Source: Histomonas meleagridis 2922-C6/04-290x (Eukaryota; Protista; Parabasalia). Taken from it: 64,000 nucleotides of DNA. Below the pieces are notes generated by a model. It worked only from the letters and a program-made list of their open reading frames with translations. It did not search any database and was not told where the DNA came from. The position numbers were made by a program, and so were the translations under genes. Positions 55,770 through 64,000 of the stretch are shown here, in pieces; position 1 is the first letter of the stretch; the number at the start of each line of letters is the position of its first letter. Location: NCBI GenBank assembly GCA_020184695.1, contig JAANOX010000271.1, positions 321,888 through 385,887 on the forward strand. Reading direction: 5' to 3'.

Positions 55770-58700
55770 TCATGCCTTAATTGCAAGCAATATTATAAAG
55801 GTTATTATGACAATGACACCAATGATAATTAATGTTGATTTGGTAAAATATCGTTTCACCTTTCTCATATCAATACTTTGATAATTATAATTTTCAATTG
55901 TAGTTATCTTTTCTTCAAGTGTAGTTATCTTTTGTTCAAGTGAATCTGTTATCTTTTGTTCAAGTGTAGTTATCTCCTTTTTAAGTGAAGCTGTTATATC
56001 CTTTTTAAGTGAAGCTGTTATCTTTTGTTCAAGTGAATCTGTTATCTTCTTTTTAAGTGAAGCTGTTATATCCTTTTTAAGTGAAGCTGTTATCTTTTCT
56101 TCAAGTGAATCTGTTATCTTTTCTTCAAGTGAATCTGTTATCTTTTGTTCAAGTGAATCTGTTATCTTTTCTTCAAGTGAATCTGTTATCTTTTGTTCAA
56201 GTGAATCTGTTATCTTTTGTTCAAGTGAATCTGTTATCTTTTGTTCAAGTGAATCTGTTATCTTCTTTTTAAGTGAAGCTGTTATCTCCTTTTTAAGTGA
56301 AGCTGTTATCTTTTCTTCAAGTGTAGTTATCTGTTCTTCAAGTGAAGTCGTTTCATTCTTTTCTGGTGAATTTTTATCATTTTCAATTGACTGTACCCTT
56401 TCTTCAAGTGAATCTATCTTTTCTTTTAATGATTTCATAATTTCTTTAAATGATTCCATATTATTTTCAAATGATTTTATATTTTGTTGAAGTGCATCTT
56501 TTATATTTTTTTCAAGTAATTCCATATTTTTTCCAAGTGATTCTATCTTTTGTTGAAGTACAGCTATATTTTCTTCAAGTGTATCTATTTTTTGAAGAGA
56601 ATTTAATTGTTTTTCATGATTTAAAGTTATCTGCTGAAGTTTTTCTGATTTTCTTTTTTCTTTTTCTTGTTGTACTATTGTCAAATCTTCTTTTAATTTT
56701 TTCACGAAATTATGAATTTCGTAATATAATTTCCTTCCGATTTCAGAAATATCTTCATCCTTAATTCCAAAAGGATCGCTTTTATGTGATACCTTATACC
56801 AATTTATCAAATTACTATATCTTTCCAGAATATTATAATATTCTTGTAGCTTTTCATCAGATAATTTTAAGTTTATGAATAAAGTTATCATATTATTAAA
56901 TTCGTTTCTTAATTTATCATAATTTCTATCACAATATTCACATAATTCTTTTCGATTTGATGCCTTTTTCTTAATTTTTTCTAAATTATCTTTTACTTCG
57001 GTGAAATCGTTATATATACTTTCTATTTTATCAAAGACACTAATATCTTTCAATTTTTCATTTTTCTCAATAGCTTTTTCGTATATTTCTTTTTCTTCAT
57101 CATCAAGAAAACCTATAAGTCTCTTTAACTGATTAAGAGGTGATTGAACTTTATATTTTAATGTTTCAAATTTACGATATTTTTTCTCTTTATCTTCTGT
57201 TTCATCTTCAATTTTAATAAACTCGTGAATATCATTTTCATTTAATCCATAATTTCGTTTATATGAAATTCCTTCTGATTGTTTTACTTGAATTACTTGT
57301 GAATAGCCAAGATATATTTCAATCTCTGTTTGTTTTTCTGCTGTAATGGTACCAATAATAATTTTATTTTGGATAATGTCTATTTTATCTGAATTACATT
57401 GGAATTTTATTGTCAATGGAATAACTGTTCTATCTTCAAATAACAATTGTTCTTTTTCTTCCCCATTTTCAATCCATTTTGCATAGATATTAATGTCACA
57501 ATTATCTGAATCAGTTCGATATTGTTGATATACATCTTTAACGATGAAATTTTCACTTATTGGATTATTTGGATTAAGCATGGCAGAAATATATCCCATT
57601 CCTTCTGGAATATAATCGTTACATTTAATAGAAGGTTTGAATCTTTTGGTGTCGAGATTAAAATAGTTAGCAATTTTTTGAACAAAAGGTTTAACTCGAG
57701 AACCGGCGCCGATTAAAACTACTTCAAAAATGTCACTTTTGTCAAGATTGGCAAACTCAAGAGCTTTTTCAATAGGTATCGTAACTTTTTCAGTAATTGG
57801 ACTCAATTTTTTGATGAATTCTTCGATTAGAGCATTGAATTTGTATCCTTCTGGAATTGACTCCACATCAACTTCATATTGATTTAATATAAATAATTTT
57901 TGTTTGACTTCGTTAGCTTTTTGGTAGATATATGGCATATTCTTCTTTGTGATTTGAAGTTTTGATCCTTTTGTTTTGTCAATTTCATATATGTTTTCAA
58001 TTATATATTCTTTTAGAACTTCTGTTACGTTTGATCCGCCAAACCTTAAATCGCTAACAGAACTTAAAACGCTTATGGCTAATACATCTTCAGATGTGAA
58101 TTCGAAATTTGAAACAGATACATTCATAGATGTATCGCCAATATCAATTAAAACAACATTCTGATTTTTTTTAATTTTGAAAAAATTGTCAAAGCCATAT
58201 TTGGCTGCTGCTGCTAAGCTGGTATTGATCAAACCCATAGATTTAATTTCAGAAATTGATGCTACATCATAAATGGATTGTCTACGACACAAGCCCCACC
58301 ACGGCACAACAGAAAACAAGAATTTTGATATAGATTCCTTTGAAATTTTTTCATCTATTATTGGAAGATGTGACAATAAGGTATTAACCAAATGAGAAAT
58401 TAATTGCTCAGGTCTTAGAACTAATTTGTGGTCACCTGATAAATTGGAATTGTTTGTTGAATTATTAATTAATTGGATTCCTGTAAAACCATCATCAAGC
58501 TTCACTAAATCGAAGTCCACTTTTTCCGCTAAATTAGTCCTTTCTTCGCTGTCATATTTTAATGAAACTAACTTGTTAAAATCATATAATGTATGGGGAT
58601 AGTTTGTTAAATTTCGTAAAGATATAATACCTGATATACGACATGGGGTAAAATATGATATGTAAGCAGGCATGCTTGTTTCATTGGAATCTGAAGATTC

Positions 58701-58811
58701 TTTAATGAATCTCAAAACTGTATTCTGATTTATATAAAACGGAATACATCCATAAATATTCTTGTTTCCAAGCGAAATACCAAGAATGTATGAGTTGCCT
58801 CTTGTTTGCAT
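55770..58811 (-). CDS. Divergent Hsp70/Hsp110-like protein with a repetitive coiled coil and a C-terminal TM anchor
   Basis: ILGISLGN, GLINTSLAAAAKYG, IDIGDTS, FGGSNV, VLIGAGSRV; tail TLIIIGVIVIITFIILLAIKA. Confidence 0.75.
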   Translation of the reverse strand: MQTRGNSYILGISLGNKNIYGCIPFYINQNTVLRFIKESSDSNETSMPAYISYFTPCRISGIISLRNLTNYPHTLYDFNKLVSLKYDSEERTNLAEKVDFDLVKLDDGFTGIQLINNSTNNSNLSGDHKLVLRPEQLISHLVNTLLSHLPIIDEKISKESISKFLFSVVPWWGLCRRQSIYDVASISEIKSMGLINTSLAAAAKYGFDNFFKIKKNQNVVLIDIGDTSMNVSVSNFEFTSEDVLAISVLSSVSDLRFGGSNVTEVLKEYIIENIYEIDKTKGSKLQITKKNMPYIYQKANEVKQKLFILNQYEVDVESIPEGYKFNALIEEFIKKLSPITEKVTIPIEKALEFANLDKSDIFEVVLIGAGSRVKPFVQKIANYFNLDTKRFKPSIKCNDYIPEGMGYISAMLNPNNPISENFIVKDVYQQYRTDSDNCDINIYAKWIENGEEKEQLLFEDRTVIPLTIKFQCNSDKIDIIQNKIIIGTITAEKQTEIEIYLGYSQVIQVKQSEGISYKRNYGLNENDIHEFIKIEDETEDKEKKYRKFETLKYKVQSPLNQLKRLIGFLDDEEKEIYEKAIEKNEKLKDISVFDKIESIYNDFTEVKDNLEKIKKKASNRKELCEYCDRNYDKLRNEFNNMITLFINLKLSDEKLQEYYNILERYSNLINWYKVSHKSDPFGIKDEDISEIGRKLYYEIHNFVKKLKEDLTIVQQEKEKRKSEKLQQITLNHEKQLNSLQKIDTLEENIAVLQQKIESLGKNMELLEKNIKDALQQNIKSFENNMESFKEIMKSLKEKIDSLEERVQSIENDKNSPEKNETTSLEEQITTLEEKITASLKKEITASLKKKITDSLEQKITDSLEQKITDSLEQKITDSLEEKITDSLEQKITDSLEEKITDSLEEKITASLKKDITASLKKKITDSLEQKITASLKKDITASLKKEITTLEQKITDSLEQKITTLEEKITTIENYNYQSIDMRKVKRYFTKSTLIIIGVIVIITFIILLAIKA
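55905..56345 (-). repeat. 24-nt (8-aa) tandem repeat ITDSLEQK/ITASLKKE
   Basis: Tandem ttcaagtgaatctgttatcttttg-type units inside the CDS. Confidence 0.92.
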
Positions 58812-60254
58812 TGGAGTAAAATGTCAAGCAAAAAATGCCAATGAACATGCCAGCTTTTGCCGATAGCTATCTTACTCAAAAAGTTAAAGTGTCAAAATAA
58901 TATACGATTAAAATTAGTTGAAATCCGGGTTTCAGATGATAGTGATTAAAAATAATACAAAAAGTTGAGTTATATGAAATTTCTAGAAAGCAATCAATTT
59001 TAAAAATTTTACTAATGAAAATCAACTTTGATAAGAATATTCTTCACCCAATCGAAGAGAAAAATCTCTAGATAATGTTTTTTTTTTCATCATATCTAGA
59101 AGTTGATCACCTTCAAAAATAAAACTCACCATTTTTCAAAAATTCATTATATATTTTTCTTCCAAATGTTTTTTGTTGAAGTTTTTATATATTATTATTT
59201 TTATACACAACATAATAGTGTAAAAATAATCATAACACCAATTTGGAATATCCTTTCATTGGGGATGGTGTCGGTTTGAAGTTCTCTGATAAAATACATT
59301 ATAATAATAATATAATATAGAATATAATGAATAAAGTTTTCAATTTGAGTATGTTGTATATAAAGTTAGTATTTGCAAATAAATATTTTATTAATTAAAA
59401 ATAAAAGTGACAATTGTACCAAGTCTAACTTTTTACCTCTAATAGAAGAAAAAAATTATTATTTGGTAAAAACATGCTTTTTCCCGAAATTCGTCCTGAC
59501 AATTTTGTGATATTTTTATTTTAATACTTTAAAAATACAATAGAAAATTGAACGCATTTTTCGGTTATAAAATTGAAACTCTATGTCAAATTACTAAGGA
59601 AGCCCTAATTATCAAAAAAACAAGTAAAATATTAAAAACATTATGTTTTTTACTATTGACTAAATGCTATTAATCTGGATAATATTTGATTACCAGATAA
59701 ATTAATTATTAACATTCGGGTTTGTTGGAATAAATTTTTTAAATTGTTACATTCAGATTGATGATGCATTATGGTATAAAAATATAAAGCATTAGAAAAT
59801 TAACTCATATATGAGTACGCGAGAATATATATATATTTTCAAAAATTATATCATATCACATGTTCGTATATAAGTATTTATTTAATCGTGGTGTGCACCG
59901 ATAATCAATGATTACATAGAGTTCCCTGTGTTTAAAAAAAATAAATTAAAAAAATTGAAACAAAGTGTCTAAAAATTAGAAAAAATTGAGTGCCACAAAG
60001 GAATAATATGTAAAATTTCCTATAATTAATCAAATGATTGATTGGATAATGTGGTACATCTGGGACTGTTTGAAATTTTTTTATTAATTCATTTTTTAGA
60101 CGATTTCCCAGATATTATTTTTGTAACACAGCATCACTTCTTGATAATTTATCTAACTCCCAAGTATGATCAAACAACAATCTGTTTATAAAAAGATTCA
60201 AGAAGAAGCCAAAAATGTTCAATGAACTGGTGGTACCACTCAGGTATATAATGC

Positions 60255-60304
60255 GGTCGGGAATGATCACGAGGACCCTAGGGTCCTCGTGATCATTCCC
60301 GACC
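60255..60304. repeat. Perfect 50-bp palindrome
   Basis: ggtcgggaatgatcacgaggaccct|agggtcctcgtgatcattcccgacc, with no loop and no mismatch. Confidence 0.97.
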
Positions 60305-60313
60305 TTAAGTTTT

Positions 60314-60400
60314 CACTGGGGGAATTGAAGGGGTCTTCGACCCCCGGAGGTGCCCTTCGGACCCCTCCGGAGGTCTCAGACCCCTTCAATCCCCCGAGTG
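60314..60400. repeat. GC-rich nested imperfect hairpin
   Basis: Outer arms gggggaattgaaggggtc / gaccccttcaatccccc; inner arms gacccccggagg / cctccggaggtc; central cTTCGg. Confidence 0.85.
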
Positions 60401-60661
60401 TGCTCGCTCCGCTCGCAACAAAAATCAAAATGATTTTTGTGAGCCATACAATTCGTCTGAAAATTTGAATGCGCATTCAATTTTGAGAGAACGCGAAACT
60501 TTTTCATAGGGACGATAGCACTTTTATGCCACTTTTCGCATAAACCTATCAAAAACCTCGTATAACCAGCACAAATTGTCCCCGGTTATTATTTGGTCGG
60601 AGGTTAGTAGTCAAAAAGCGACGGTTATTGTTTGGTCTCATGGCAAACTTTATTTTTATAA

Positions 60662-60981
60662 ATGCTTAAACCTGTAACTAAAACGTATTTTTGTACTTCA
60701 CAAAAAGAAAACCGTTTTCCGCCTGAATTTGTGGATTCTCAAAATCCTAGATATATAGTAGTACAACAATGTAAGTGTAAATTTAAGGAATATTTAGTAT
60801 CTGATGTTTCAATGCATGCTGATTTCATTGAACGTGATCATTATGAAGATTATTTTTGTGTATTGATACAAATGAAAATAGAACTAAATATAAGAAATAT
60901 GAATATAAAAGTAGAAAACCAATTTTTTAAAATATGGTTTAAAGTGAATATTTTATGTTAGAATTATTATTAATTTATTAA
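60662..60981 (+). pseudogene. Small virus-like-element protein, frameshifted (ends FMLELLLIY in another frame)
   Basis: KPVTKTYF...PRYIVVQQCKC...DVSMHADFIERDHYEDYFCV, then a shifted TKYKKYEYK and FMLELLLIY-stop. Confidence 0.5.
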
Positions 60982-61022
60982 ATAAAAATCATTTTTTTTT
61001 TTTTTTTAGTATTGAGAATGCT

Positions 61023-63008
61023 ATGAAAGGTATAAAAACTAATGTTATTGCTGCTCCTGAAATTATTGATAAAGATGATTTAGAAGAAGTTTTAGGAAAT
61101 TATCCAACAAATGACCAAATAACAGAAAAACTTAATACTATAACTTCGATTACATTACCTCAATTATACTATAATAAATCACAATCAGATGAAAAATATT
61201 CTACAAAAAGTCATACACATAATACAATAAATAATGATTTAACAGTAAATGGGAATGTACAAGTTACTTCATTAAATGGTTTTCAATTGGCAACTTCAGA
61301 AGGTGGTAAATGGGATACAAAATTATATGTACCATCTATTATTACATTAAAAGAAGATGGTGTTGTAGAAGTTGGTCAATATATTGATATGCATAATAAT
61401 GCAGATTATGATAAAGATAATACATGGAGAATAACTGCTAATACTAATTCATTAGATTTTAAATCAAAAAAACTGGTTCATTATTAAGTTTTGGAAGTAA
61501 TGGTAATATTCAATGTGCAACTATTAATAATGTAGATATAACTAAAATATCTTCAAATGATCATAATCATGATGAGATTTATGCTAAAAAAGATCATGAA
61601 CATACAAACTATGCTTCAACAGAACATACTCATAGCTATAACGATTTAAATGATAAACCTGAAACATTTCCACCTTCAGACCATACACATAGTTATAATG
61701 ATTTAACAGATATTCCTCCAGTAGAAGCACACATGCATAGTTGAAGTGATTTATATGGCATACCTGATGCATTTGTTCCTGTAGAACATTATCATGATAC
61801 TAGATATGCATTGATTGATCATACACATCCTGAGTATGCTTTAAAAGATCATAATCATGATACAAAATATGCTGCATCAAATCATACACATAGTTATAAT
61901 GATTTAACAGATATTCCTATAGGTTCCAAAAACAGAAGATATCCATTGTTCAACAATTAATGGTTTTGCTTTAAATTCGGGACCTTCAGCTTCAAATTTA
62001 GATATTAGTGTTCCTTCAATTGCAGTTATTAAAAACGATGGTGTTTTAGAAACAGGTCCTTATATAGATATGCATACTAGTGATGGATATGAAAATGATT
62101 ATAGTTTTAGAATACAATGTAAAGGGAATGTTATGGAATTTATACCAACACTAAAAGGTTGCGATGGTTTTTATTACTCAGCAGCTTCTGATTCATTAGG
62201 TTGTACTAACTTAAATTGCTCTAAAATTATGTACTCTGTAACAACTAATGGTATTGATAATATAGGAAATATAAAATCCAAAACTGGTCAATTCACTAGT
62301 TTAGAATCTACTAAATTAACTTTATTTCACAGTATAATTGAAGAATCAGGTAATACATATCAATTATTATGGAGAATTTATGGATGTACACCTACTGAAG
62401 ATAAAAAATATGGAAGATTATATTTTGAATCTGTAACACAAAAGAAACAAAATGATGGTACTTATCTTGATACATATAGTGCAATATATTATATCGCAAC
62501 TACATTTAATACATTCGAAGGAACTGGAGGTATTGCACAAATAAATACAACTATTATTCATAATGCTCCTGTTTCAAATGATTTGACACAATTTCAAATT
62601 GGTTTACCAGTATTTTTAACAGGTAATGTTTTCTCATTAAAAGAAAATGGCATATATACTTCAAATACATCTACAACAGATTGTATACCATCAGTTAAAA
62701 CATCAGGTACATATAAAGAATATTTAGGTATATGTGTATCTAAAAATGAAAAAGGTTACAAAGCATCAATAGGTGATTTAATTAAAAGAGAAATCGAAAT
62801 TTTACAAGATACTATTGATTTTGCTACACATGGAGATTTTTATTTTAGAGTAAATAATACTGCAGATTATGAAATTGGTGATGTAGTATTATTTGATGGT
62901 AATAAATTATCAGATGATTTAGTAATAACTACTAAAATATTAAATTCAATAGTTGGTAAAGTAACAGGTAAAATAGATGAACATTTATTAAGTGTATTTA
63001 AAGAATAA
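61023..63008 (+). pseudogene. Phage-tail-fibre-like protein split by two frameshifts and one TGA
   Basis: His-rich repeats (DHNHD..YA, HTHSYNDL.D.P, KPETFPPSDHTH) and two DGV.E.G.YIDMH domains, joined across frames near 61470 and 61925. Confidence 0.65.
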
Positions 63009-63037
63009 AAATATTTTATTTCATTTTATTTTTTTAT

Positions 63038-64000
63038 ATGGATCCAATTTATAAAAGAAGAAGAGAAATACAAAAATCATTCGAAACATTAGTTAAAAAT
63101 GAATTAAATAATCAAAATTCACAATTAAAAAATAATTTGAGTCTTCAAAATTTTATTAATTTTTTGAATGAAAAATATAATAGGGAGTTACATTTTACAC
63201 CTGAATTTAATACTGGTACAAAGCCATTAGTTGAAACATACAACAATTTATTTAAATATTATATAGATGTGAGCTTAGAGAAAACAACAGATGATCAATT
63301 CAAAAATAAACAATTTGACGATTATAAGCAATTTGAATATAATTTCATTAAACTTTTTATCAAAACTGAAAAAATTACACCTATTAATGGAAAAATTGGA
63401 AGAAAAACAATTCCAGAGAAGCCTATCAAATTTAATGAATATTGTGAAGAATTAAAAAAATATTTATATAGTATCGAAATAATTGATAATAAAATTGGGA
63501 ACGTATTTACATTCCATCCTGCATATAGTAATTATTCGTTACAATATTTCGTTAAATTCCCTTATGACATGATATATAAAAATTATAATATTTATTTCCA
63601 TATCATATTGATTATTCAAAATTAGATCCACAATTTAAACCTAATATATGTTATTTTCCTTCTAAAAAAAATAAAAAATATCAACTAAAATATATTGGTA
63701 ATAATGGTGGAATATCAAATGGATATCATCCTGTTATGATGAAACCACTAAAACAGAAACAAAATATTGTTATTTATTAGCAGTTGAAATTAGGTCTAGA
63801 TTTTTATTTTATGCCTATACTAATACAAAAATAAATGATAAAATAACTACAAAGAAATCAATAGAATCTATAGCTAAAGCTTTATTTATTTTATATAATG
63901 CAGGATTTAATCCTAAAATTATACATTGTGATTCTGAAAAATCATTTTTATCGAAACCTTTACAATATATAGCAGCACATTTATCTGGGTGTAAAACAAT
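63038..64000 (+). pseudogene. Retroviral-type (rve/DDE) integrase, frameshifted and 3'-incomplete
   Basis: Stitched reading YFPSKKNKKYQLKYIGNNG / EYQMDIIL / YDETTKTETKYCYLLAVEIRSRFLF...PKIIHCDSEKSF. The first two catalytic Asp motifs are present, with three frame changes between about 63595 and 63740. Confidence 0.7.

Larger units (their letters stand above)
60255..64000 (+). mobile_element. Partial Maverick/Polinton-like or related endogenous virus-like element (right end outside the window)
   Basis: Co-oriented cluster of a small ORF, a fibre-like gene and a DDE integrase, preceded by GC-rich hairpins. No pPolB, packaging ATPase or capsid is visible here, so the class is inferred. Confidence 0.6.

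Noticed and set aside
60267-60476. 69-aa minus-strand ORF across the hairpins
   Set aside because: Stop depletion is explained by local high GC; there is no protein signal.
60606-60611. AGTAGT as a Maverick left terminus
   Set aside because: Only 6 nt; the partner TIR and TSD cannot be checked within the window, and the hairpins would fall outside it.

Overview
AT-rich, gene-dense eukaryotic DNA, most consistent with a parabasalid (trichomonad-like) protist. The basis is near-intronless genes, TCAY initiator and AACGGT-type motifs just upstream of ATGs, stop codons fused to TAAA, and DUF3447-ankyrin genes. The species cannot be determined. Housekeeping genes include a bromodomain protein, tRNA-Ala(UGC), DnaJ, an Spt5-like protein, 60S P2, HEATR5-like, a UBR-box E3, a TRRAP-like PIKK, Vps23, a POC1-like WD40 protein, Rpt1 and two Hsp70-like genes. 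Bacterial-type enzymes include a GH13 amylase, an MBL hydrolase and an AKR pseudogene. The right end holds part of a degenerate integrase-encoding Maverick/virus-like element with GC-rich hairpins and a phage-tail-fibre-like gene. The standout observation concerns three DUF3447-ankyrin loci (about 23.6-26.0, 41.5-42.6 and 50.8-53.4 kb). In these, the beta-hairpin loop of each ankyrin repeat is replaced by an AT-rich linker built of 20-nt units. Taking the first 3 nt of each unit and skipping the next 17 nt rebuilds the canonical D-x-x-G-x-T-A-L loop (e.g. DKDGK, DKHGY, DINGY, DQWGN). This looks like single-codon micro-exons separated by 17-nt intervening sequences with no GT-AG ends, i.e. a candidate undescribed splicing, editing or ribosome-hopping system. 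Several genes carry isolated indels or stops that may be assembly errors.
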